Of a stretch of 64,000 nt of DNA, positions 40,696-50,671 are shown piece by piece. The stretch comes from an uncultured Pelagibacteraceae bacterium. Its GTDB lineage: Bacteria > Pseudomonadota > Alphaproteobacteria > Pelagibacterales > Pelagibacteraceae. Made by a program: the position numbers and the translations under genes. Location of the stretch: assembly GCA_902624315.1 (NCBI GenBank), contig CACNXC010000006.1, positions 143-64,142 on the forward strand. Reading direction: 5' to 3'. A model generated the notes under the pieces. That model was not told the DNA's origin. It saw only the letters and a program-made list of their open reading frames with translations, and searched no databases. How positions within the stretch are numbered: position 1 is the stretch's first letter; the number at the start of each line of letters is the position of its first letter.

Positions 40696-40956
40696 CTAGA
40701 TTGATGCTATTTTTTTGGTAAACCTTGAAACGTTTCTAGAAGCGTTTTGTTTTTTTACAATGCCTGTTTTAGCTATTTTCATCAACTCAGAATTCAACTT
40801 AGGTAAGAACTTTAAAGCCTCAGACTTCTTTTTAGCTTCAATTAAAGAATTCATTTTTTTCAAAGCATTTTTGTATCTACTTTTTCGAGCCTTATTAACA
40901 GCTGTTTGTTTTGAAATTCTTCTAATTCTTTTGATTGCTGATTTTGTGTTAGCCAT
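40696..40956 (-). CDS. rpsT: 30S ribosomal protein S20
   Basis: 86 aa starting MANTKSAIKRIRRISKQTAVNKARKS. Confidence 0.93.
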   Translation of the reverse strand: MANTKSAIKRIRRISKQTAVNKARKSRYKNALKKMNSLIEAKKKSEALKFLPKLNSELMKIAKTGIVKKQNASRNVSRFTKKIASI

Positions 40957-40965
40957 ATGCGCAGG

Positions 40966-40994
40966 GGTATAACTTGAGAATGAATTTTGGTCAA
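40966..40994 (-). promoter_or_regulatory. Putative rpsT promoter (TTGACC-17-TATACC)
   Basis: The minus strand reads TTGACC (40994-40989), 17 nt, then TATACC (40971-40966). The -10 element ends only 9 nt before the ATG, implying a very short or absent leader. Confidence 0.3.
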
Positions 40995-41005
40995 TTAAAT
41001 AATTA

Positions 41006-41869
41006 TTATATTTGGCAGATATTACAAAAAAAAGAAGATCTATTGGAAATCATTTTTTTTTTTATAACTCCGTTGCATCCAGACCGCTTACAATTAAGTC
41101 CTTTTCTCTCATAAACATTAAAATTCTTTTGGAAATTTCCTGATTTACCTGATGTGTTTTTAAAATCTCTAATACTTGATCCTCCCTTTTTGATAGCATT
41201 AATTAAAACCTTTTTAGAATTAAATATTATTTTTTTACAATCTTCTTTATTTAATAAAGATACTTTTTTATCAGGTTTAATTTTACATAAAAATAAAATT
41301 TCACTTGCATAAATATTTCCTATCCCTGATACAAAATTTTGATCTAAGAGAAAGTTTTTTATATTTTTTGTTTTTCCTTTCAAAAAAGAATAAATATAAC
41401 TTAAGTTAAATTCTGATTGAAAAGGTTCTGGTCCAAGTTTAGAGAATCTTTTATCCAAAAAATGTTCATTAACCACTATTTCAAAAAAACCAAATCTTCT
41501 TGGATCGTTATATACAATTTTAAGATCATCAAAAACTATTTCTACATGATTATGTTTTTTAGGTAATGTAGGAAAGCTATAAAAACTAGTATTAGTTACC
41601 AAACTTTTTTTTTGATTATAAATTAGATGAATAGTTCCTGACATACCCAGATGTAAAAGACAATAACTTTGATTTGACAGGCAAATAATCAGATATTTTG
41701 AAAATCTTTTTACTTTGATTATTTTTTTGCCTTCAAGGAATCTTGAAAAATTAAGTGGGATTTTAGTTCTTAAATTTCTATTTCTAACTATTACTTTTTT
41801 GACCTTTTTTTGTTTAATCTTTTTGTCTAAAGATTGACGTACAATTTCTACTTCTGGTAATTCTGGCAT
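41006..41869 (-). CDS. mutM: Formamidopyrimidine-DNA glycosylase
   Basis: 287 aa with the MPELPEVE N-terminus, an H2TH region and a C-terminal CxxC...CxxC zinc finger. Confidence 0.93.
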   Translation of the reverse strand: MPELPEVEIVRQSLDKKIKQKKVKKVIVRNRNLRTKIPLNFSRFLEGKKIIKVKRFSKYLIICLSNQSYCLLHLGMSGTIHLIYNQKKSLVTNTSFYSFPTLPKKHNHVEIVFDDLKIVYNDPRRFGFFEIVVNEHFLDKRFSKLGPEPFQSEFNLSYIYSFLKGKTKNIKNFLLDQNFVSGIGNIYASEILFLCKIKPDKKVSLLNKEDCKKIIFNSKKVLINAIKKGGSSIRDFKNTSGKSGNFQKNFNVYERKGLNCKRSGCNGVIKKKMISNRSSFFCNICQI

Positions 41870-41901
41870 TTAATACTATATTGATTATATATTTTTGAAT
41901 T

Positions 41902-42606
41902 ATGCAACAATATCTACAAAATAAAAAAGGATTAGTCCAAAATGTGTTTAATCAAGTGTACGATCGTTATGATCTAATGAATGATTTAATGTCATTAGGG
42001 GTTCATCGATTGTGGAAAAAAAGTCTATTAAATATGATGAATCCATCCAGTAATCAAAATTTAATTGATGTTGCTTGTGGTACTGGAGACATAGCTAAAC
42101 TATTTGTTAAACATACAAATAAATTATCTCGTATTGCATGTGTTGATCCAAATAAAGGGATGATAAGTAAAGGGAAAGAAAAGTTATCTAAGTTTAAAAA
42201 TATAAATTGGATTATATCTCCAGCCGAAAAAATTCCTTTATCTGATAATTTATTTGACTTTTATACTATAAGCTTTGGTTTAAGAAACACTGCCAATATA
42301 GATAGGGCTCTTTCTGAAGCTTATAGAGTTTTAAAACCAGGGGGTCGTTTTTTATGCTTAGAGTTTTCAAAAATTCAAAATACAAATTTAGAAACCCTTT
42401 ATAAAAATTACTCTAAGTTAATACCTTCTATTGGCAAGTTTGTTGTTGGTGAAAAACAGCCGTATGAATATCTAATTAAAAGTATTGAAGATTTTTTAAA
42501 CCAGGAGGAATTAATTGATGCAATGGTTAATAACAATTTTAAAAAATGTACTTATAGAAATTTATCAGGTGGAATAGTTTCTATTCATAGTGGATGGAAA
42601 TTTTGA
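41902..42606 (+). CDS. ubiE: Ubiquinone/menaquinone C-methyltransferase
   Basis: 234 aa with VFNQVYDRYDLMNDLMSLGVHRLWK and the SAM motif VDVACGTGD. Confidence 0.92.
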   Translation: MQQYLQNKKGLVQNVFNQVYDRYDLMNDLMSLGVHRLWKKSLLNMMNPSSNQNLIDVACGTGDIAKLFVKHTNKLSRIACVDPNKGMISKGKEKLSKFKNINWIISPAEKIPLSDNLFDFYTISFGLRNTANIDRALSEAYRVLKPGGRFLCLEFSKIQNTNLETLYKNYSKLIPSIGKFVVGEKQPYEYLIKSIEDFLNQEELIDAMVNNNFKKCTYRNLSGGIVSIHSGWKF

Positions 42607-44174
42607 TGGTAAAAAAATTAATTATTCTCTTTAAACTTGGAAGAAAAGTAGCTTGTTCTGATATTTTAAATATTGTATCAAAATTTAAGGAACCGCCTTT
42701 AGCTATAAAGATTTTATTTAAAATATTATCGTTTTCCTTTTCACCAAAAAAACAAATAGATGCAAATAAAGACGAGGGAGAGAGATTGTCTGACTCTTTA
42801 GAGTCAATGGGAACAACTTTTATTAAACTTGGTCAATTTTTAGCAACCAGACCTGATATAATTGGTGAAGAACTTTCCAAAAAACTTGAAAACCTTCAAG
42901 ATAAATTGCCACCATTTTCTCTGTTACAGGCTAAAGAAATAATTAAAAATGATCTAGGTAATGAAAGTTATGACTCTATAATAAATTTAAGTGAACCAGT
43001 TGCTGCTGCTTCAATTGCACAAGTCCACAAAGCCCAAATAAATGACGATGGAGTTCTTAAGGACGTTGCAATTAAAATTCTAAGACCAAACATAAAAAAA
43101 ATATTTAATGAGGAAATTGATGCAATAATGCTTTTTGCTTTCTTAATTGAGTCATTTATTAAAAAGACAAAAAGACTCAAGCTGGTAGAAGTGGTATTTT
43201 TATTAAAAGAAATCACAAATCTAGAGATGGATTTAAGATTTGAAGCAGCTGCTGCAAATGAATATGCTGAAAATACAAAGAATGATGTTGGATTTAGAGT
43301 TCCTCAAATTTATTGGAATTATACAAGCGAAAATGTAATGACCCTAGATTGGGTGGATGGAATATCTATTAGAGAAACGGAAGAACTAAAAAATAAAGAA
43401 TTTAATACCGAAAAAATTGCAGAGGATATTATTCAAAATTTTTTAAGACATGCTGTAAGAGATGGTTTTTTTCATGCAGATATGCACCAAGGCAATATTT
43501 TCATAGATAATGATGGTCAAATTGTTCCGATTGATTTTGGAATTATGGGTAGATTAGATAAAATGAGTAAAAGATTTTTAGCTGAAATTTTATTTGGTTT
43601 TATTCAAAGAGATTATCGTAAAGTTGCTGAAGTGCATTTGATTGCAGGTCTTGTGCCAAAAGAAGTTCCAATAGATGATTTAGCTCAAGCCCTAAGATCC
43701 ATCGGTGAACCAATTTTTGGTCAAGCAGTTAAAGATATTTCTGGTGGAAAATTATTAAAGCAACTATTTGATGTCACAGAAAAATTTAACATGCAAACTC
43801 AACCTCAGCTTCTAATGTTACAGAAAACAATGGTTGTTGTTGAAGGTGTAGCTAGAAAATTAAATCCAAACACAAATATTTGGACCACTTCAAAACCAGT
43901 TCTTGAAAGTTGGCTAAAAGAAACAAAAGATCCAATGACAAAACTAAATGAGACACTTCAAAATACGTCTGAAGTAATAAAAAGATTACCAGAATTTCCT
44001 GAAATTATGGATAAAGCTAATCAAGCTCTTACTTATCTTGCTAGTGGACAAATCCCACAAAACTCAAATTCCTATACGGCCTTAAACACTCAAAAATCAG
44101 AAATGACTGCTTTTAGAAACCAATCTATTATTGGTTTATTAATCCTTGTAATTTTTGGTCTTTTAATATTTTAA
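42594..44174 (+). CDS. ubiB: UbiB/ABC1-family atypical kinase (ubiquinone biosynthesis)
   Basis: 526 aa with FIKLGQFLATRPD, AAASIAQVH, and HADMHQGNIF, plus a C-terminal TM helix. The start could be 42594 or 42606. Confidence 0.9.
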   Translation: MEILMVKKLIILFKLGRKVACSDILNIVSKFKEPPLAIKILFKILSFSFSPKKQIDANKDEGERLSDSLESMGTTFIKLGQFLATRPDIIGEELSKKLENLQDKLPPFSLLQAKEIIKNDLGNESYDSIINLSEPVAAASIAQVHKAQINDDGVLKDVAIKILRPNIKKIFNEEIDAIMLFAFLIESFIKKTKRLKLVEVVFLLKEITNLEMDLRFEAAAANEYAENTKNDVGFRVPQIYWNYTSENVMTLDWVDGISIRETEELKNKEFNTEKIAEDIIQNFLRHAVRDGFFHADMHQGNIFIDNDGQIVPIDFGIMGRLDKMSKRFLAEILFGFIQRDYRKVAEVHLIAGLVPKEVPIDDLAQALRSIGEPIFGQAVKDISGGKLLKQLFDVTEKFNMQTQPQLLMLQKTMVVVEGVARKLNPNTNIWTTSKPVLESWLKETKDPMTKLNETLQNTSEVIKRLPEFPEIMDKANQALTYLASGQIPQNSNSYTALNTQKSEMTAFRNQSIIGLLILVIFGLLIF

Positions 44175-44182
44175 TTCAGTCG

Positions 44183-45388
44183 ATGAAAGATTTATCAAAC
44201 AAAAAAGTTCTTTTTATAATATGTGGTGGAATTTCTGCTTACAAATGTCTTGAAACGATAAGAATGTTTAGAAAGAATAATGCTGAAATAAAAACAATAC
44301 TAACTAAAAGTGCAAAAGAGTTTGTAACACCATTATCTGTAGCCTCTTTATCTCAAGGTAAAGTTTATGATGATTTATTTAGCCTAGAAAATGAGACAGA
44401 AATGGACCATATTTCTTTATCAAGATGGGCCGATGTAATCATCGTCGCTCCAGCAACTGCCAACACCATTTCCAAATTAAGCCAGGGTAACTCAGGCGAC
44501 TTAGCATCCACAGTTATATTAGCTTCAAATAAACAAATTTTTTTAGCTCCAGCAATGAATGTTAGAATGTGGGAACATCAGTCTACACAAAATAATCTTA
44601 AAAAATTGAAAGGTTTTGGCTACAAAATTATTGGGCCTGAAATAGGTGATATGGCTTGTGGTGAATATGGTGAGGGTAAAATGTCTGAACCTTTAGTTAT
44701 TTATGAAGAAATTCAAAATTTTTTATTTAGTAAAATCAAAAATAATAAACTCAAAGCCCTAGTAACCGCGGGTCCTACTAATGAATATATAGATCCTGTA
44801 AGATTTATTACAAATAAATCTAGCGGTAAACAGGGTTATGAGATAGCAAAATCGCTCTACAAAAGAGGTTTTAATACCACTTTAATATCTGGACCTACAA
44901 ACCTAAAAATAGATGAAAATATTAAATTAATCAAAGTTGAGACTGCTGAAGAAATGCTTAAGGTCACTCAAAAAAATCTTCCAACTGATATAGCTGTATT
45001 TGCTGCTGCTGTTGCTGATTTCAAAGCTAGTTATGAACATAAAGAAAAGATTAAAAAAGTTGATAATTTAACATTAAACTTAGAAAGGAATATCGATATT
45101 TTGAACTATGTTTCTAATCATAACTCTATGAGGCCAAAAATGGTTATAGGTTTTGCTGCTGAAACAACAAGTTTAGAGAAAAATGCTGTGCAAAAATTAA
45201 AAGATAAAAATTGCGACTGGATAATAGCTAACGACGTTTCAAAAGATGAAAGTGGTTTTGATAATGAAAATAATGAAGTTACAATTTTCTATAAAAATGA
45301 AAAATTGAAAAAAGAGAAACTTTCATTAAAAAAGAAGTCAGAGATTTCTGAGGAAATTGTAGATAGAATAGTTGCTCAAATAAATTAA
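44183..45388 (+). CDS. coaBC: Bifunctional phosphopantothenoylcysteine decarboxylase/synthetase
   Basis: 401 aa with an N-terminal flavoprotein domain (ICGGISAYK ... APATANTISK) and a C-terminal DFP/CoaB domain. Confidence 0.92.
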   Translation: MKDLSNKKVLFIICGGISAYKCLETIRMFRKNNAEIKTILTKSAKEFVTPLSVASLSQGKVYDDLFSLENETEMDHISLSRWADVIIVAPATANTISKLSQGNSGDLASTVILASNKQIFLAPAMNVRMWEHQSTQNNLKKLKGFGYKIIGPEIGDMACGEYGEGKMSEPLVIYEEIQNFLFSKIKNNKLKALVTAGPTNEYIDPVRFITNKSSGKQGYEIAKSLYKRGFNTTLISGPTNLKIDENIKLIKVETAEEMLKVTQKNLPTDIAVFAAAVADFKASYEHKEKIKKVDNLTLNLERNIDILNYVSNHNSMRPKMVIGFAAETTSLEKNAVQKLKDKNCDWIIANDVSKDESGFDNENNEVTIFYKNEKLKKEKLSLKKKSEISEEIVDRIVAQIN

Positions 45389-45825
45389 TGGTTAAAGTTC
45401 TAATCAAAAAACTTGACCCAGCTGTACAATTACCCGAATATAAAACCAGTGGCGCATCAGGTGTAGACTTAATCGCATTTATAAAAGAACCCATTAATCT
45501 AAAACCTAAAACATCTGTTTTAATTCCCACAGGATTATCTGTTGCTTTCCCAGAAGATTACGAGATTCAAATAAGACCAAGATCAGGTTTAGCAGCCAAA
45601 AATAATATTAGTGTGTTAAACACTCCAGGAACAATTGATAGTGATTATAGAGGAGAAATAAAGGTTCTCATCTATAATCATGGTAATGAAAATTTTTCAA
45701 TTAATAATGGTGATAGAATTGCTCAAATGATATTAGCACCTGTGGTCAAGATGGAATTAGAAGAAAAAAATGATTTACCTAAATCTATCAGGGGTAAAGG
45801 TGGATTTGGTTCAACAGGTAAATGA
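45388..45825 (+). CDS. dut: dUTP diphosphatase
   Basis: 145 aa with the dUTPase motifs RPRSGLA, GTIDSDYRGE and GGFGSTG. Confidence 0.93.
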   Translation: MVKVLIKKLDPAVQLPEYKTSGASGVDLIAFIKEPINLKPKTSVLIPTGLSVAFPEDYEIQIRPRSGLAAKNNISVLNTPGTIDSDYRGEIKVLIYNHGNENFSINNGDRIAQMILAPVVKMELEEKNDLPKSIRGKGGFGSTGK

Positions 45826-46580
45826 ATATCAATTTAGATAAAAATCAAATAGAAAGATTTTCAAGACAAATAGTTTTAAAAAATATTGGAAGCTTAGGTC
45901 AAAAAAAAATTATTGGAGCCAAAGTTTTAATTATTGGAATGGGGGGTTTAGGTTGTCCTGCGGCTGAGTTTTTAGCAAGAGCAGGCGTAGGTGTTTTGGG
46001 CATTGTTGACCCTGATATTGTTAATTTATCAAATATTCACAGACAAAGTCTTTACAGCATCGAAGACTTAAAAAAATCCAAAATAAAGTCTGCTCAAAAA
46101 AAATTAAAAAAGATAAACTCAAAAATAAAAGTAAACGCGTATAAAATAAGATTAAATATCAAAAATTATCAAAAAATTATAAAAAATTATGACTACATAA
46201 TTGATGGATCAGATAATTTTGAAACAAAGTTTTTAATCAATGATGTTTCAAGAAAATATAAAAAATTTCTTGTAACTGGAGCAATAAGTAAATTTGATGG
46301 TCATATTTTTAGTTTTGATTTTAAAAATAAAAAAACACCTTGTATAAGATCTTTTTATCAAGAATATGAGATTTCAGACGATATATTAAATTGTGAATAT
46401 GAAGGCATTTTGGGGACAGTAGCCGGTGTAATAGGAATTATGCAAGCGAATGAAATTTTAAAAAAAATTTTATCTATCGGTAAAAATTTGAATGGTCAAG
46501 TTTTGGTTATAGATCTATTAAATCTGAATTTTAAAAAAATTAAATTTAAAAAGTTAAAAGATGTTAAAAAAAAAATTTAA
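45822..46580 (+). CDS. ThiF/MoeB/HesA-family E1-like adenylyltransferase
   Basis: 252 aa with RFSRQIVL, the nucleotide fold IIGMGGLGCPAAEFLARAGVG, and NLSNIHRQ. The usual paired CxxC zinc motifs are not evident. Confidence 0.8.
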   Translation: MNINLDKNQIERFSRQIVLKNIGSLGQKKIIGAKVLIIGMGGLGCPAAEFLARAGVGVLGIVDPDIVNLSNIHRQSLYSIEDLKKSKIKSAQKKLKKINSKIKVNAYKIRLNIKNYQKIIKNYDYIIDGSDNFETKFLINDVSRKYKKFLVTGAISKFDGHIFSFDFKNKKTPCIRSFYQEYEISDDILNCEYEGILGTVAGVIGIMQANEILKKILSIGKNLNGQVLVIDLLNLNFKKIKFKKLKDVKKKI

Positions 46581-47016
46581 ACTTTTTCTTATAACTTTAT
46601 TTTTATTTTCTTTTACCTCGTTAAGTTATGCTCAAGAAACTTTCTTGTCTTTAAAGAAAAGTAAAGTTAATGTAAGGTATGGACCGAGTTTTGAGTCTCC
46701 TATAAAGTTTATTTATAAAAAAGTGAACTTGCCTCTCAAACAAATTGATAAAAAAGAGAACTGGCGAAGAGTAATTGATTTTAAAAACAACAGTGGATGG
46801 ATACATTGGTCTCAATTAAAAAAAATAAATTCAATCATTCCTATAAAAGATAAAATTTTATTCGAAAATCCAACAAATTTTTCTAAACCATTAGCTAAAA
46901 TTAAAAGTGGAAGAGTTCTAATAGTCCAAAAATGCAATGGAATTTGGTGTAAAATAAATACAGATGATTTTGAAGGTTGGATAAAGATAGACAATATTTG
47001 GGGTGTGTTAGATTAA
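46561..47016 (+). CDS. Secreted bacterial SH3-like (DUF1058-type) protein
   Basis: 151 aa with a signal peptide and two SH3-like repeats (KVNVRYGPSFESPIKFIY...WRRVIDFKNNSGWIH). Confidence 0.7.
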   Translation: MLKKKFKLFLITLFLFSFTSLSYAQETFLSLKKSKVNVRYGPSFESPIKFIYKKVNLPLKQIDKKENWRRVIDFKNNSGWIHWSQLKKINSIIPIKDKILFENPTNFSKPLAKIKSGRVLIVQKCNGIWCKINTDDFEGWIKIDNIWGVLD

Positions 47017-47255
47017 GAGTTTTTTGATTTACTCGCCCACCACTTGTCTAAAATAAAATACCATATAGAATTAGCTATTGGTTCTACTATTGCGTCTGTT
47101 AGTGCTATCATAAAGCTGACATCAGCAACAAACATTAAAACAGTTATAGCTATAGCAAAATGACCAATAGTATAAATAATGGTTCTTAAAATTGAACCTC
47201 TATTATTTGTGTAAATCTGACCAGCAGCTTTGAATATGCCAGTTGTTAATTCCAT
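47013..47255 (-). CDS. DUF2061-like small membrane protein
   Basis: 80 aa with two TM helices and a C-terminal W-rich end (SIWYFILDKWW). Its start overlaps the upstream stop (TAATG). Confidence 0.55.
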   Translation of the reverse strand: MELTTGIFKAAGQIYTNNRGSILRTIIYTIGHFAIAITVLMFVADVSFMIALTDAIVEPIANSIWYFILDKWWASKSKNS

Positions 47256-47851
47256 TATTTTTTAAACGGACTATCAAGCACACAAGCAACTAGGTGCACT
47301 CTAGCCTGTTCTCCACCATTAAAAAAATTATGATATTTCGTATTATTTGTTATCCATACCTTACCATCAGCTGGAAGATGTTTTGCTACATTTTCAATTA
47401 CCATTGAACAGCCTTTATTAGTAATAATGGGAACATGCAGTCTGCATTCAGGATCTTTATGCCAGCTCAATGTCGATCTTGGTTCTTTTAATAGTAATCT
47501 AACTCTTCCTAGTTTAAACCTTTTACTTAAAGTTTCGTAAACTTCTTTAAAATATGTTTTTTCAAATTCAGGAACTAATTGGGTATATTTTGACTCATCA
47601 ATATCAATATCTCGAGAAACTTCTTTTCCAGTTTCATCGGCAATTGTCCAATATTTTCCTCTAATATTATTTCCCTCGATAGAACTTTTATCATTTGGGA
47701 TTTGATTTAATGGTATTGCACCAAAGTGTGTGACTCCAGGAGAGTTGAATTTTTTAGCTTTTAAAATTTTATCTAAGTCCTCTCTTAACTTTGATATATC
47801 AAAATTAAGATTGGGAACTTCATAGAAATCTTCAAAATTTGCTTTTACCAT
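47255..47851 (-). CDS. Aspartyl/asparaginyl beta-hydroxylase-family (cupin, 2OG/Fe) protein
   Basis: 198 aa. The pattern WHKDPECRLHVPIITN...W...KYHNFFNGGEQARVHLV matches the H-x-D ... R-x-H-hP ... H ... R-hH-L layout of that family. Confidence 0.65.
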   Translation of the reverse strand: MVKANFEDFYEVPNLNFDISKLREDLDKILKAKKFNSPGVTHFGAIPLNQIPNDKSSIEGNNIRGKYWTIADETGKEVSRDIDIDESKYTQLVPEFEKTYFKEVYETLSKRFKLGRVRLLLKEPRSTLSWHKDPECRLHVPIITNKGCSMVIENVAKHLPADGKVWITNNTKYHNFFNGGEQARVHLVACVLDSPFKK

Positions 47852-47873
47852 TTTTTTTGTTCCGCTTTATAGC

Positions 47874-50111
47874 TTAATTTAACTTCAAGTCAAATCGATC
47901 TGAATTCATAACTTTTACCCATGCGGCAATAAAATCTTTAACAAATTTATTACCTGAGTCCTCACAAGCATAAACCTCAGCTAGAGCTCTTAGTTGAGAA
48001 TTTGAACCAAAAATTAAATCAACTCTTGTCGCCTTCCATTTCGTTTTTTGAGTTTTTCTATCTTTACCAATAAATGTTTGTTCAGATTTATCTTCCTCTT
48101 TCCAAGTGGTATTCATGTCTAAAAGATTTATGAAATAATCGTTAGTAAGCGAACCAGGTCTGTTAGTAAAAACACCATGTTTTGAGCCATCAAAATTTGT
48201 GTTTAAAACTCTCATACCACCCACAAGTGCAGTCATTTCTGGAGCTGTTAAACCCATCAATTGAGCCTTATCAACAAGCTTTTCTTCTGCAGAAACATTT
48301 GAAGATCCACCATTTAAGTAGTTTCTAAAACCATCTGCTTGTGGTTCTAGAAGACCAAATGAGTTAATATCAGTCTGATCTTGTCTTGCATCTCCCCTTC
48401 CTGCTGAAAATGGAACTTGAACTTTATAGCCAGCTTTTTTTGCAGCCATTTCGACTCCAACACCACCGGCTAGTACAATCAAGTCTGCCATTGTAACACT
48501 TTTCTTTTTACTATCGAATTTGCTTTTAATTTTTTGTAAAGATTTAATTACAGCCGATAATTTTTTTGGATTGTTCACTTTCCAATTTTTTTGTGGTTCC
48601 AACATTATTCTTGCACCATTAGCACCACCTCTTTTATCAGAGCCTCTAAACGTAGATGCTGAAGCCCATGCAGTAGAAACTAAATCTGAAATTGATATTT
48701 TTGATTTAGAGATTTTGTTTTTTAAATCTTTAATATCGTTTGATTTAAGTTTATATTTAGTTTTATCAATCGGATCCTGCCAAATAAGTTGTTCTTTTGG
48801 AACCTCACTACCAAGATAGCAAACTCTTGGTCCCATATCCCTGTGAGTTAATTTAAACCATGCTCTCGCGAAAGCATCGTGAAACTCTTTTGGATTTTGA
48901 TGAAAATGTTTAGTGATAGGTCCATAGCTAGGGTCAACTTTCATCGATATGTCGGTTGTTTGCATCATTGGTGGATGAAGCACACCTTTTTGATGTGCAT
49001 CGGGAACCATTTTAATCTCTTGCCCATTTTTCTTCGGCGTCCATTGATGAGCGCCAGCTGGACTTTTTGTAAGTTCCCACTCATGTCCATATAAACAATC
49101 TAAATACCCCATATCCCATTTAATTGGATTTTGAGTCCAAGCGCCCTCAATACCACTGCTTATCGTATCAACACCTTTTCCAGATTTATATCCACTATTC
49201 CATCCAGTTGACTGGTCTTGAAGTCTTGAAGCCTCAGGATCCGGTCCTTTGAATGACTCAGATGCTGCACCATGAGATTTTCCAAACGTATGTCCACCAG
49301 CAACTAATGCTGCTGTCTCATAGTCATTCATAGCCATTCTACCGAATGTCTCTCTAATATCATGTGCTGCTAGTTTTGGATCTGGATTAGCATCAGGACC
49401 TTGTGGATTTACATATATTAAACCCATATGTGAAGCTCCTAATGGCTGTTCTAAATCTCTTTTTCCACTATATCTTTCCACACCTAACATTTCTTTCTCT
49501 GAGCCCCAATAAATATCATCCTCTGGTTCCCAAATATCAGTTCTTCCAGCTCCAAAACCAAAAGTTTTAAAACCCATTGAATCTAAAGCTACGTTTCCAA
49601 CAAGTATAAATAAATCTGCCCATGAAATTTTTCTTCCATATTTCTTTTTAATAGGCCATAAAAGTAATCTAGCTTTATCTAAGTTTACGTTATCTGGCCA
49701 AGAATTAAGTGGTGCAAATCTCTGGTTGCCTGTTCCTGCTCCACCTCTACCATCACCAGTTCTGTAAGTTCCTGCGGCATGCCAAGCTAATCTAATAAAT
49801 AATGGACCATAATGACCATAATCTGCTGGCCACCACTCTTGGGAGTCTGTCATTAATTTTTTTAAATCTTTTTTTAATGCTTTGTAATTCAGTCTTTTAA
49901 ATTCTTTTGCATAATTAAATTTTTTATCCATAGGGTTAGATAAATTTGAATGCTGACTAAGAATTTTAAGATTTAAACTATTTGGCCAAAAGTCTCTTAC
50001 TGTTTGACCTCTTCCTGCAGAAAACTTTGCAGGTGTTCCTGCACCGGTAAAAGGACATTTGCTCATTTGATTGGCTTTAAAAGACTTATTTTTGAAATTT
50101 TCAGTACTCAT
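47874..50111 (-). CDS. katG: Catalase-peroxidase
   Basis: 745 aa, a two-lobed class I peroxidase ([13 protein letters not shown] ... [10 protein letters not shown] ...). Confidence 0.96.
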   Translation of the reverse strand: MSTENFKNKSFKANQMSKCPFTGAGTPAKFSAGRGQTVRDFWPNSLNLKILSQHSNLSNPMDKKFNYAKEFKRLNYKALKKDLKKLMTDSQEWWPADYGHYGPLFIRLAWHAAGTYRTGDGRGGAGTGNQRFAPLNSWPDNVNLDKARLLLWPIKKKYGRKISWADLFILVGNVALDSMGFKTFGFGAGRTDIWEPEDDIYWGSEKEMLGVERYSGKRDLEQPLGASHMGLIYVNPQGPDANPDPKLAAHDIRETFGRMAMNDYETAALVAGGHTFGKSHGAASESFKGPDPEASRLQDQSTGWNSGYKSGKGVDTISSGIEGAWTQNPIKWDMGYLDCLYGHEWELTKSPAGAHQWTPKKNGQEIKMVPDAHQKGVLHPPMMQTTDISMKVDPSYGPITKHFHQNPKEFHDAFARAWFKLTHRDMGPRVCYLGSEVPKEQLIWQDPIDKTKYKLKSNDIKDLKNKISKSKISISDLVSTAWASASTFRGSDKRGGANGARIMLEPQKNWKVNNPKKLSAVIKSLQKIKSKFDSKKKSVTMADLIVLAGGVGVEMAAKKAGYKVQVPFSAGRGDARQDQTDINSFGLLEPQADGFRNYLNGGSSNVSAEEKLVDKAQLMGLTAPEMTALVGGMRVLNTNFDGSKHGVFTNRPGSLTNDYFINLLDMNTTWKEEDKSEQTFIGKDRKTQKTKWKATRVDLIFGSNSQLRALAEVYACEDSGNKFVKDFIAAWVKVMNSDRFDLKLN

Positions 50112-50149
50112 AATATTTGTATTTCCCCCATGGTTATTAGAATTAATAA

Positions 50150-50197
50150 TTTATAATAATTCTAAACTAAATGTCAACAGTTTAGAATGATTATAAT
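50150..50197. promoter_or_regulatory. Two Irr-box (ICE)-like sites overlapping a near-consensus katG promoter
   Basis: Site A at 50150-50166 reads TTTATAA-TAA-TTCTAAA (13 of 14 against TTTAGAA-N3-TTCTAAA). Site B at 50181-50197 reads TTTAGAA-TGA-TTATAAT (12 of 14). On the minus strand, TTGACA (50177-50172), 16 nt, then TATAAA, places site A across the spacer and the -10 element. Confidence 0.5.
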
Positions 50198-50220
50198 ATA
50201 AATTTAGAAATAAAGATTTT

Positions 50221-50649
50221 TTAATTCTGATTTTGAGTATCACTCGCAACTCTTACTAAAACTTCCACAGATCTAATTTTTTTACCTGTGATATTATTTT
50301 TAATATCAACTTTTCCAATTTCGTTATCATTACAATCTATAAGTAAATTTGTGTCCTCATCATAAAAATGATGATGTTTAGTAATATTTGTATCAAAATA
50401 ACTTTTATCGCTACTGATCGTAATCTCTTTTAAATATCCTTTATCTTTAAAAGCATGAACTGTGTTGTAAATTGTAGCTAAAGATATTTTTTCATTAAAA
50501 TTTTCTGAAATGTTTTTTGCTAAATCATTAATGGTAAAGTGAAATGTTTTGTCTCTATTAAATAAGACTTCACAAATTTTAAGTCTTTGTTTAGTAGGTC
50601 TAAGACCAGAATTTCTTAATTTGCTAACAAATTCGCTATTTTTTAACAT
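50221..50649 (-). CDS. irr: Fur-family regulator, Irr-like
   Basis: 142 aa with a winged-helix N-domain ([15 protein letters not shown]) and a TKHHHFYDE triple-His motif like the haem-responsive HHH motif of rhizobial Irr. It is divergent from fabA-fabB-fabI, as in other alphaproteobacteria. Confidence 0.75.
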   Translation of the reverse strand: MLKNSEFVSKLRNSGLRPTKQRLKICEVLFNRDKTFHFTINDLAKNISENFNEKISLATIYNTVHAFKDKGYLKEITISSDKSYFDTNITKHHHFYDEDTNLLIDCNDNEIGKVDIKNNITGKKIRSVEVLVRVASDTQNQN

Positions 50650-50654
50650 TGTTA

Positions 50655-50671
50655 ATTATAATAATTCTAAA
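50655..50671. promoter_or_regulatory. Irr-box (ICE)-like site in the irr/fabA divergent spacer
   Basis: ATTATAA-TAA-TTCTAAA (12 of 14). It is embedded in an 18-nt exact copy (50656-50673) of TTATAATAATTCTAAACT, which also occurs at 50151-50168. On the minus strand it carries a perfect TATAAT (50660-50655) ending 5 nt before the irr ATG. Confidence 0.5.

Noticed and set aside
40715-40972. 85-aa plus-strand ORF
   Set aside because: It is the exact antisense shadow of rpsT.
47874-50111. katG as a horizontally acquired island (it looks more G+C-rich than its neighbours)
   Set aside because: There are no flanking tRNA, integrase or mobile-element repeats. The 18-nt copies flank irr, not katG, and look regulatory. 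The higher G+C is also seen in other highly conserved enzymes here, such as gltB. A phylogeny would be needed.
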